Below, piece after piece: positions 28,400 to 37,253 of a stretch of DNA of 64,000 nucleotides. The position numbers were made by a program, and so were the translations under genes. The notes beneath the pieces are model-generated. The model had not been told where the DNA came from and made no database searches. It worked only from the letters and a program-made list of their open reading frames with translations. Origin of the DNA: a virus; IMG/VR virus record IMGVR_UViG_3300033553_000116, positions 50,247 through 114,246 of that record, one strand, 5' to 3'. Position 1 is the first letter of the stretch, and every line of letters begins with the position of its first letter.

Positions 28400-28957
28400 T
28401 TAAACTGGCCAATCAATAGCTTTAATATTAGCAAAGACATTTGCATCTCTAGGTAAGTCAGCAATTGCTTTCTTCATATCCCAAGATTGCTGATATACGT
28501 CAGATACATAACTACCAGCAGCGAATGTCAGATTTATAGCTTCATCCGGAGTTACAAGGTGGTCTATATTTGATTTACCTCGAATAGGAATCACTGGATC
28601 AACAACGCCTTGACCTTTTAACTTCTGTGATTTTGCATTGAGTCCCAGTAATAAAATTTTATCTTTATCTCTAGTTTGAATAATGTCTGGTGTAGTGCCG
28701 CCAAAGACCCAGTCCATACCAGCATTTACACGAATATCTCTTTCATAGGATATTTCTTCGAACTTTTCAGCTACAGCTGTTTTGTAAGCTACCTCACCCA
28801 ATTCAAAATCCCAATCAATAGCCAGTAAGTCTACTTCAGCGCTACCAACCTCACCGTCTATAGTACCTACTACCAATACACCATCTTTAATGGCTCTTGG
28901 TGCATATGGGTACAAGTTACCTAATATTAATTTTTTCTGCTCTAATGTAACTGCCAT
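28400..28957 (-). CDS. DUF4376-like tail fibre assembly/chaperone protein
   Basis: ERDIRVNAG..IQTRDKD..IRGKSNIDH..DWP pattern; downstream of a fibre gene. Confidence 0.6.
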   Translation of the reverse strand: MAVTLEQKKLILGNLYPYAPRAIKDGVLVVGTIDGEVGSAEVDLLAIDWDFELGEVAYKTAVAEKFEEISYERDIRVNAGMDWVFGGTTPDIIQTRDKDKILLLGLNAKSQKLKGQGVVDPVIPIRGKSNIDHLVTPDEAINLTFAAGSYVSDVYQQSWDMKKAIADLPRDANVFANIKAIDWPV

Positions 28958-28958
28958 A

Positions 28959-29696
28959 CTAAACTCCTAAATACTTAATGCCATTTTTAACTAGAATAAG
29001 GTCACCTGGAAAACTATCTGTTTTACCTAATCTAAAAATCCTAGTGGATACAATAGCGCCAGGTGTTAAGTTGACATCAGTTACTAGATCAGTATCTAGA
29101 GTTTCTACACTATGTAATACAAATGCACTTCCAGCTGCCACTGGGGCAGTTAAATAAAGTAATGAACTACCTACAAATGCAGTAGCATTGTCAGCTTTAA
29201 TAACCGTATATTCAAGACCCCATTTAACATTACCTGCTGTGGCATCTTTTATAGTCCAGTCAGCAAAAAACTTAATACCGGTTCCAGCAACATAATCATC
29301 CGGTATTTTAAAGGTACTCCACACTTCATCTTCTTTATTGGTAACAAATTTTATACCAGCTAGTTTATTAACTATATAGGTAAGTCCTAATTGAGTAGCA
29401 GAAGTTGAATCAGTTGCCTGTATCATTTTCCATATTGGTACAGTGCCAAGGCCACCAAGTGGATGATAGACTAAATCTAATAGAGCTATAATCTCCTCAA
29501 TGGTTAATGTATTCTCATCACCTAACTCAATACCACCAGGACTTACACCGTCATGTAGATGCAAACTCCCAGTCTCTGAATCTTTTGTTACTTGTCCGTT
29601 ATATCCAACAAATGCATTATTTAATGCAGTGGATAATTCTTTACTATATACTTGCCTCTTTACTATTCCCATTTTTATATTCCTTGGTGACCGCAA
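28959..29696 (-). CDS. Fibre/receptor-binding protein with Mtd_N-like N-terminus
   Basis: GxxGQVTxDxETxSLHLHDGVSPGG; beta-sandwich C-terminus. Confidence 0.6.
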   Translation of the reverse strand: MRSPRNIKMGIVKRQVYSKELSTALNNAFVGYNGQVTKDSETGSLHLHDGVSPGGIELGDENTLTIEEIIALLDLVYHPLGGLGTVPIWKMIQATDSTSATQLGLTYIVNKLAGIKFVTNKEDEVWSTFKIPDDYVAGTGIKFFADWTIKDATAGNVKWGLEYTVIKADNATAFVGSSLLYLTAPVAAGSAFVLHSVETLDTDLVTDVNLTPGAIVSTRIFRLGKTDSFPGDLILVKNGIKYLGV

Positions 29697-29818
29697 TCAC
29701 AATAAAAAAATCTTATACATAAAATCAGCTATAATACAATAACTTATAAAAAACAAAGCATAATACACTGCAGGTTTCCCCGCAGTGTATGGTCTTTTTA
29801 TTTATTTACTACATCAAA

Positions 29819-31342
29819 TTAACCATCGAACCAATCACCACCACCATCTGCAGTTGCTTTACCTCCTACAGACTTCATGGAGAGGTCTTCTCCATTAACA
29901 TCATCTAATACACCACCTACAGGATGGAACGGTAGTACGGTGTATAGATCGGCTTCATTGGTAATAGATATCTTACGGTGTTTACCACGTTGTATAGCTA
30001 AGAATGAACCAACACCCTTTACCTTTTCAATGTGAACGAATAGCTCTAAATCAACTTCTTGGTCAATCTGTTTAGATCCATCGTAGTAACCTTTGTTAGC
30101 AATCTCTTGTACAAAGTTATCAACCCCCTGACGTACCAACATCTTAGCCTCAGTAGATAACTGATGTGGTGTAAGGAATGTAATCCCTCTAGGCGCACAG
30201 AAGTTACGCATGATTCTAAATAGAGCACGAATCTCAGTACCGGCAGGACCAGCTGGTAAACCATTACGGTTAACCATGTTTAAGTAATCACAAACCACTG
30301 CATGGATTTCATAACCCTCAGCTTCGTATTGTAATAAAATATCTAAGACATCAAAGTAGCTAGTTTGGTTAGGTTCCAAACGTAACATTTCAATATGGTA
30401 TCCATTAGCTTCCATGCGTAATTTAATATACGCTGCAGCTTCTTTGATATTTACCTCAGCTGGATCTGGAGTAACACCAGTCTCGTTCTCTTTGAGATTA
30501 GTATAAAGCCACATGATATTCATCGGTAGCTCATTCTCAAGAGACATTTGAATTATCAATGGCTTCTTAGTAGGATCTCTCATATAAGGTTTGTTATATA
30601 AAGCAAGGTGTTTGAACATGTTCATCATGAACCCTGTCTTAAAGTTATGCTGTAGAGCTCCTAGTAGTACAAACTCCCCACGTCTGAATCCTTCACTCTC
30701 ACCAAGCATTCTATTAATAGCTTGATACCCAGTCTTCAATACACCATCAGCACTTATCTCATCAATTGAACGACCCATTAATTCTTCGATACCATCTGGG
30801 TCATCAAAGTTAATAGTATCTACAATAGATGGATGCTTAGCATCAACCAAGTCATGTGTGTATGGTTCTATCTGTGAATATAAATCTCTTACGAAATCAC
30901 GGAAGTCAGTTTTGCCTGGTTCGAAGTTAGCCTTCTTATAAGCTGCTGACATAATGCCACGAACTTCTTCGTTATTTAAATGTTCTCTTAGTCCTTTACG
31001 AAATGCAAGAATCTTAGATTTAAGCTCTTGGTCGTCTTCGCTACTAATGGCATCAGCAACGGCGTTATATAAATATACATTGTCTCTAGTAGCTACTCGA
31101 ATACGCTGTAGCATTTGTGCCTTATCAACTGGTTGGGCTATATCTTGTGAGATTAACCATAATGCAATCATTCGTAACGATAATATGACTTCACTACCTG
31201 AATGCATCTCTACGCTTGTCTCAGGTATCTTGACTGTCTCTAGTACAGATTTACAAAAATCTCTAGAGCCATTATCTTGACCTAATTCGGATTCTAGGTA
31301 TAACAGAGTGATAATGTTCACTAACAACAAGTTTGAATCCAT
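29819..31342 (-). CDS. DnaB-like replicative helicase (phiKZ gp118-like)
   Basis: LKTGYQAINRML..GFRRGEFVLLGALQHNFKTG, SLEN, VCDYL, TPHQLS, QRGKHR. Confidence 0.9.
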   Translation of the reverse strand: MDSNLLLVNIITLLYLESELGQDNGSRDFCKSVLETVKIPETSVEMHSGSEVILSLRMIALWLISQDIAQPVDKAQMLQRIRVATRDNVYLYNAVADAISSEDDQELKSKILAFRKGLREHLNNEEVRGIMSAAYKKANFEPGKTDFRDFVRDLYSQIEPYTHDLVDAKHPSIVDTINFDDPDGIEELMGRSIDEISADGVLKTGYQAINRMLGESEGFRRGEFVLLGALQHNFKTGFMMNMFKHLALYNKPYMRDPTKKPLIIQMSLENELPMNIMWLYTNLKENETGVTPDPAEVNIKEAAAYIKLRMEANGYHIEMLRLEPNQTSYFDVLDILLQYEAEGYEIHAVVCDYLNMVNRNGLPAGPAGTEIRALFRIMRNFCAPRGITFLTPHQLSTEAKMLVRQGVDNFVQEIANKGYYDGSKQIDQEVDLELFVHIEKVKGVGSFLAIQRGKHRKISITNEADLYTVLPFHPVGGVLDDVNGEDLSMKSVGGKATADGGGDWFDG

Positions 31343-31383
31343 TTTTCAAGTTCCTTTATTTATTTTTTTAGTAGGAGAATACT

Positions 31384-31905
31384 TTGCATATGCAAAAAGT
31401 AATACTAATACCACAGTGGGTGAAGAAAGCATTGGTAGCCAATGATAAAACATTAGTCGATGCACTTAACCCAGAAATTATTTCGTCTACATTATCAGAC
31501 GATGATGTTGGCTTTTACATATTCATTAACGAGAGTATGGATCTTTTAAAGGACCTTCTTGGAAATAGTTTCCTAACAGGCCGCACTGTAATGGGATTTT
31601 CTGAGGAGCAGCTAGTAATTTTTAAAGACCATGTCTTAAGATATGAAATATTAAATTCACAACAGCCTCTAGATGTAATCGAAGCCCTTTTCGGGAACCT
31701 ATCTGAATATACAGATACTACAAAGATCGATTTAGAAGTTGTTGAGCTAAACGAAGATACTATAGGCATTATACCTATTTACAATGAAAACAATAATGGT
31801 ACGAAAGACACCATCAATAAACTGGTAGAGATACTAGATAAGAAAATGATATTTGCTGACCTTTGTACAACGTCTATCTTTAAGCAATGTCTTACAAATA
31901 TTTAA
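31384..31905 (+). CDS. Conserved phiKZ-like protein between DnaB and capsid gene
   Basis: 173 aa; synteny. Confidence 0.6.
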   Translation: MHMQKVILIPQWVKKALVANDKTLVDALNPEIISSTLSDDDVGFYIFINESMDLLKDLLGNSFLTGRTVMGFSEEQLVIFKDHVLRYEILNSQQPLDVIEALFGNLSEYTDTTKIDLEVVELNEDTIGIIPIYNENNNGTKDTINKLVEILDKKMIFADLCTTSIFKQCLTNI

Positions 31906-32037
31906 AAACTTTAAAATAATGATGAGTAATGTATCATATAGACTTGCGTCTAAAATCAATGTTGATACTTTTGGCATTGATGTTTGTTTTAATATTACTT
32001 TAAACCCCCACTAACAAGAAATGAAGGACTGAGAAAT

Positions 32038-34233
32038 ATGTCTCTTTTGAAAATCAATGGTAATGGCGGATCGCCGCTACAAAATTTAGTAACTATGATC
32101 CAGACTGCTGCAACCGAAGGTGGTTCACAGTTTGCGTCTAAGAATGACACAAAGAACGTTCTTTCACTTGAAAGCTTGTCAGGACACGATCTTGAACAAG
32201 TACAGTCAAACGCTACACAAATTACTTCTAGCTTAAAAGAAATCTTTGGTAGTATTAGTGCTGGTGTATCTAACCTAGGTATGGAAGAATTAACTAGTAC
32301 TCAGCTTGAAGCTGGTACATTCGCAGCAATGGCTATGGGCGACGTCGCAACATACGCACAAGCCGCATTAGGTAGTAAAGCACCTTCTGGTAAAAACGTT
32401 ACTGTAATGGGCGCACAAACTTCTGGTATCGCTGGTAGCTTAGACTTCCGTGATGATTTCGCTATGGAAGCATTTGATGTTAAAGAATTAACAGCAATGA
32501 TCCCTTATTCAATCGCGTTCAACATCCAAGCTTCTCGTCAAGATGAGTTTTCTGAAACCTTCTACCCAACAGTAGTTGTATCTCCTGACATGGGTGGTAT
32601 GGATGTAACTGTTGAACAAGTAACTGTATTCAACACTGTACAACACAAAACAAGTGGTGTTCCTACTGACTTCAACCAGCGTAACTTGCTTGAAGCTGTT
32701 GGTGATTACACTATCCTTGCTGATGAGTCTACTGCACTTGTACCTTTCGTACAGCCTGATGATTCTAACTTAACTAACTTCGTTGACGCAGCACTTATTG
32801 CTACAACTGACCGTATCATCGCTGGTGTTTCTGTTACAACAGCTCCTTTGAAAGTTGGTAAGTCAATCGACCTTATTGGTGTATCTAACCATCCTGGTCT
32901 TATTGGTAATGGTGTTCTTGATTCTACTGATGCCATTGATAGTCGTTTATTCCTTGAACAGTTAGTTTTCTCTAACCCGTTTTTAGATGGTACCACTCCT
33001 GCAACTGACGTATTCAAGTTTAACGTATCTCGTTTACCACGTAACGCATTCCTTGATTCTATCGAAGGTGCTGGTCGTGAAATGCAATTGAACTTCCGTT
33101 CAGATGCAATCGTATTAAACAAAGCTACATTGGCTGCTGATGGAACAGTTCCTGCTTCTATCCAAGCTGTTATTGATGCTGACTACACTGTTCGTCTACA
33201 GACTAACATTAGTGGTAATGCACATGTTGAATTCGGTACTGTTGAAGTATTCGCTGGTTCAATCTCTGTTCTTGATATCATCGACGTTGATGGTAACGAA
33301 ATCTCTAAAACAACTGGTGCTGGTCTTGCGATCGTCAACAGCTTGCTTGAAATCAAACTAGAAGGTTATGTATTAGGCGCTTCGCGTACTAACAGTAACA
33401 GACGTACTAAAGGTCTATTGTTAAACACTAACTTACAGACTGAGCGTTTTGCTATTCCTCTTGGTGCTCCGATTTCAGCTCCTAGCCCTATCGGTTCAGA
33501 TCGTGATACTCGTGACCTTGAGTCATTGATCACTGCTGCACGTATCCGTAACTCTAACAATGCTGTAACAACATTGTTGAACTACGCTGATGCACTTCGT
33601 GTATACGTTTCTAACGCTCGTAAGGGTAATGGTAATGTACAAATTGAAGGTGTTGCACGACACGTTGTTACTCCGTTCTATCAAGAAGTTGACTTGAACT
33701 TAGTAGAAGCTATGAACTCTATTCGATCTAAAGATCGTGCTGAAGATATCTCATCAGCGTTGATTAACACAGTAAACGATATTGCTTACCGCATGTACCG
33801 TGAGTCTGCGTATCAGCCTGCTCTTGATGCTTCATCAATGGGTGCTAAGAAGCCTCGTCTTCTAATCGGTACTGATACTGTTCTACAGCGTCACTTAATG
33901 ATTGGCGGTGATACTCGTACTTTCGGTATGACTTTCAATGATGCTAAGATCGTTAGTTCATTCGATGCTCGTATGGCTAACACTATTATCGTTACTTTCT
34001 CTCGAGATGGTGCTGATGGTACAGCTGATCCACTAAGCTTCGGTAACCACGGTTGGATTCCTGAGCTAACTACTACAATGTCTGTCACTCGTGATGGTGC
34101 AATGTATCAAGAAGCGATGGTTCAACCACGTTCACGCCACGTAAACAACTTACCAGTAATGGCTAAGATTAATGTTACTGGTCTAGAAGAAGTAATGTCT
34201 AAGAAAACTGTAGCTCCTAAACAAGCTGTATAA
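32038..34233 (+). CDS. Major capsid protein (phiKZ gp120-like)
   Basis: 731 aa; strong codon bias; RQDEFSETFYPTVVVSPD, RTNSNRR.KG, VQPR..H motifs; S/A/G-X-E maturation sites (LSLE, GME, AME); divergent from DnaB as in phiKZ. Confidence 0.88.
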   Translation: MSLLKINGNGGSPLQNLVTMIQTAATEGGSQFASKNDTKNVLSLESLSGHDLEQVQSNATQITSSLKEIFGSISAGVSNLGMEELTSTQLEAGTFAAMAMGDVATYAQAALGSKAPSGKNVTVMGAQTSGIAGSLDFRDDFAMEAFDVKELTAMIPYSIAFNIQASRQDEFSETFYPTVVVSPDMGGMDVTVEQVTVFNTVQHKTSGVPTDFNQRNLLEAVGDYTILADESTALVPFVQPDDSNLTNFVDAALIATTDRIIAGVSVTTAPLKVGKSIDLIGVSNHPGLIGNGVLDSTDAIDSRLFLEQLVFSNPFLDGTTPATDVFKFNVSRLPRNAFLDSIEGAGREMQLNFRSDAIVLNKATLAADGTVPASIQAVIDADYTVRLQTNISGNAHVEFGTVEVFAGSISVLDIIDVDGNEISKTTGAGLAIVNSLLEIKLEGYVLGASRTNSNRRTKGLLLNTNLQTERFAIPLGAPISAPSPIGSDRDTRDLESLITAARIRNSNNAVTTLLNYADALRVYVSNARKGNGNVQIEGVARHVVTPFYQEVDLNLVEAMNSIRSKDRAEDISSALINTVNDIAYRMYRESAYQPALDASSMGAKKPRLLIGTDTVLQRHLMIGGDTRTFGMTFNDAKIVSSFDARMANTIIVTFSRDGADGTADPLSFGNHGWIPELTTTMSVTRDGAMYQEAMVQPRSRHVNNLPVMAKINVTGLEEVMSKKTVAPKQAV

Positions 34234-34275
34234 GTATTAGTCTTTACTCAGTCCTAAGTGGGACTATTTAAAGTG

Positions 34276-34316
34276 AGGGAAACAGGGCTTCGGCTCTGTT
34301 TCCCTTTATGCCGCAT
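34276..34316 (+). terminator. Capsid-gene terminator
   Basis: GGGAAACAGGGC-TTCG-GCTCTGTTTCCC-TTTATGCCG. Confidence 0.8.
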
Positions 34317-34334
34317 TGATTCTATTGGAAAATA

Positions 34335-34360
34335 TTTCAGCACTACATTATTAAATTGAT
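34335..34360 (+). promoter_or_regulatory. Variant early promoter upstream of the nvRNAP operon
   Basis: TTTCAGCACTACATTATTAAATTGAT resembles the 1961 copy. Confidence 0.45.
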
Positions 34361-34394
34361 GTAATAAACTAATATATTTAAAGGTGATTTCAAA

Positions 34395-35555
34395 ATGGCC
34401 AAAAGACCACCGAAACGATCAATTAAAAGCAGTACGTTATCTAGATATGATAATGTCCAGGTCTCAGCCGATATACAAGCCAATGGACGTGATTCATTTG
34501 AGGTATATTCAAGATCATTACACGAGAAGGGAAAGTCATCAAGTAGAGAAATTATTTACATGAATAGGACCAAGGGTGATATTACTATCGGGGAACGCTG
34601 TGGCATAATGCAGACAATTCCTGGATCACCTATGAATACAGAAGGCGTAGTACTTGTTAAAGTAATTACCAAATGGATGCCCCAACATGTAAATCTATAC
34701 ATGGGTAACGTATCCCATAGTGATTCAGCTGAGGCTGAGGAACTTCTTATAGCTCATGAAAATAGAGTTGATAACATGGGTAAGGTTGAATTTAGCATTA
34801 CATACACAATACCTGAGGAGGATATTGATACATCTACAGGTACTTTATATGTTAGACAGTTAGATATAAATCTATCTAAGGCCTGTGTCCAGTCTACTGC
34901 GTATCATCCATATTCAGATAGAGGTGAGCAATTTGCAACTACTGAAGCATTTGCAAATAGGTTGAGTACGGGGGCAATGGTTTTTGGTGTAACTATAGTA
35001 GATTCATCACGTGGTTTTGGGGCTAGATACGTAAACTTAGGTGACCGTGTCTTTAAAATAACTCCACGTATCAATTTTAATAAACGTGATGGCATTTATA
35101 TAACTACAGCAGGAGAAGTTAAAAATGGTTCTGATAGAGGTGCACCAATGGACACTCTGGTATATTCATTTGAATATGCAAACGAATCACTAAAAAGATT
35201 ACTCTTTAAGACAATGGATGAAGCCAAGCACTTTGGTAATGCTGAGTTACAGCACGAATATGAAATGAAAGAAAAGGATCATGTATTAAAAGAAAGGGAT
35301 TATGATCTAAAAGAACAAGACTATATTCACCGAATTAATCTTCTAGAACAGAAAGGACGCTCCGATGTACAGAAACTTGAACTTACAAAAGCTAGCGAAG
35401 ACGAATCAAGACAAACCGCCACAATAAAGAATAAATTAGATATAACCTCAGCATCGGCCAAAAGTCAAAGTGATATGTTTAAAGCTTCTGCAGTTGCAGT
35501 GACTACTATTCTTGGTCTAGTAGGTCTGTGGGTTAAATATAAATCCAGTCAGTAG
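34395..35555 (+). CDS. Conserved phiKZ-like protein with C-terminal coiled coil and TM anchor
   Basis: 386 aa; KEKDHVLKERDYDLKEQDY heptads; hydrophobic C-terminus. Confidence 0.65.
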   Translation: MAKRPPKRSIKSSTLSRYDNVQVSADIQANGRDSFEVYSRSLHEKGKSSSREIIYMNRTKGDITIGERCGIMQTIPGSPMNTEGVVLVKVITKWMPQHVNLYMGNVSHSDSAEAEELLIAHENRVDNMGKVEFSITYTIPEEDIDTSTGTLYVRQLDINLSKACVQSTAYHPYSDRGEQFATTEAFANRLSTGAMVFGVTIVDSSRGFGARYVNLGDRVFKITPRINFNKRDGIYITTAGEVKNGSDRGAPMDTLVYSFEYANESLKRLLFKTMDEAKHFGNAELQHEYEMKEKDHVLKERDYDLKEQDYIHRINLLEQKGRSDVQKLELTKASEDESRQTATIKNKLDITSASAKSQSDMFKASAVAVTTILGLVGLWVKYKSSQ

Positions 35556-35567
35556 AAAGGGATAACG

Positions 35568-37190
35568 GTGGATAAATTACTCTTCGATTTAGTAAACGAT
35601 GAAATACCAAAAATGAATAGATCTTTAGTCGATGGATTGGCTGTAAGTGAAATTAAGTTTGTTGAACAGTATATTGATAATATTGTTCGATGTGCGCAAG
35701 AGGTATTTCCAGAGGGATTGACTTATAAAGATTACAGAAGACTAACTCCATTGGAAGAGTTCCTCAAAGTAACAGAGCCACGTGGTTCTAATAAGTCAAT
35801 ATTTGATGTAGCACGAACAGATGTGTACATGATTTCATTAGAATTTGATTTTAAGGGAGAGTCTATTTCTAAACCATTATACTTACCGTTCTGTAGGGAT
35901 GGTGGTGTTATGGCTATTAGGGGTGCAACATTTGCAATATCTCCAGTGATTGCAGATAAGGGAATTTCGATTACATCTTCCAGTGTATTCATACAAATTC
36001 CAAAGTCTAAGATGACATTCAAACGCATTCGTCATCACTTCATGTTAAATGGACAACGTCGTAGTCCTAACATTGTTTATTCGTGGTTACACAATCGTAA
36101 TCGTAAAGCAACCAATGGCGTAGGTAAACCATTGATTAATATGAATACCTGCTTAGTGCATTATCTATTTGCTAAGTATGGAGTTAAAGAAACATTCAAG
36201 CGTTTCTGTGATATCGATATTAAAATCGGTAATGAAGAAATTAATGAAGATACGTATCCACAAAAGGATTGGGTAATATGTAAGTCTATTGAATTAAAGC
36301 CTAAGGGAATTAAGAGTAAGATTTATACCCCAACTACAATAAGAGCAGCTATACGTAGTTGTGACTTTGATGCCATTACAGAAAGTATGGTTGGTGGACT
36401 ATTCTACATTTTGGATCATTTCCCAAATCGAATAGCGGCAGAGTTTATTGATGGTACGGAACATGAAATCAGAATGTGGCGTGTTTTATTAGGACTGGTC
36501 ATTGGTGGTATCACTGGTGGTGAGGGTGCTATAAAGAAGGGTATGGATGAGCACATGGATTCACTGGATAGTTATATTGATCCAGCGGCCAAAGCGTTCT
36601 TAATGCAAGGTGACATTTATGTTGATGACTTGTACCAGTTACTTAACCACGTAATTCAATTATTATCAGGTATGGTAATACAACCCGCTGAAGCAACAGC
36701 TAGCTTATATGACAAACAGCTATTAGTTCTAAGATATATTCTCCAAGATATTAACGATGGTATCTTTAGAATGTTATTTAGTCTTAAGAACACTGCTGGT
36801 AAGAAAGAGTTAAACTTTAATGATGTTAGAAATATCATTAGAAATAGACCGCCAACAGATATAGTAGCTAAGATGAATGGACATGGTGAAGTTAACAGTA
36901 TTTCATCGCCTGGAGACAATAAGTTCTTTAAGGTTACATCTAATGTAATCCTACAGACAGATTCAGGATCACCAACAAAGTCTGGTAAAGCAGCTACAGT
37001 CGATGCTTCTAAGTTTCTACATGCATCCATTGCGGAAGTGGGTAGTTATATTACATTACCAAAGAGTGAACCTACGGGTAGGTCTCGTATTAATCCATGG
37101 CTAAGTTTAAATAGCGATGGGTTTATTGAACGTGACCCTATGAAGAAACAACTTCTAGATCAAGCTCAGATAAAATTTAACAGAGATTAG
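35568..37190 (+). CDS. Non-virion RNA polymerase beta subunit, N-terminal part (phiKZ gp123-like)
   Basis: 540 aa; LYLPF...G.MAIRGATFAISPV and LHASIAEVG..PKSEPTGR resemble beta regions; position two genes after the capsid gene. Confidence 0.75.
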   Translation: MDKLLFDLVNDEIPKMNRSLVDGLAVSEIKFVEQYIDNIVRCAQEVFPEGLTYKDYRRLTPLEEFLKVTEPRGSNKSIFDVARTDVYMISLEFDFKGESISKPLYLPFCRDGGVMAIRGATFAISPVIADKGISITSSSVFIQIPKSKMTFKRIRHHFMLNGQRRSPNIVYSWLHNRNRKATNGVGKPLINMNTCLVHYLFAKYGVKETFKRFCDIDIKIGNEEINEDTYPQKDWVICKSIELKPKGIKSKIYTPTTIRAAIRSCDFDAITESMVGGLFYILDHFPNRIAAEFIDGTEHEIRMWRVLLGLVIGGITGGEGAIKKGMDEHMDSLDSYIDPAAKAFLMQGDIYVDDLYQLLNHVIQLLSGMVIQPAEATASLYDKQLLVLRYILQDINDGIFRMLFSLKNTAGKKELNFNDVRNIIRNRPPTDIVAKMNGHGEVNSISSPGDNKFFKVTSNVILQTDSGSPTKSGKAATVDASKFLHASIAEVGSYITLPKSEPTGRSRINPWLSLNSDGFIERDPMKKQLLDQAQIKFNRD

Positions 37191-37253
37191 CATAAAGCCC
37201 TCCTCGTTTCGGAGGAGGGTAATATGCCTTAAATAATAAAAAGGAACTAGGCC

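Noticed and set aside
18720-31342. Inteins or introns in NrdA and DnaB
   Set aside because: Both have normal lengths and continuous motifs
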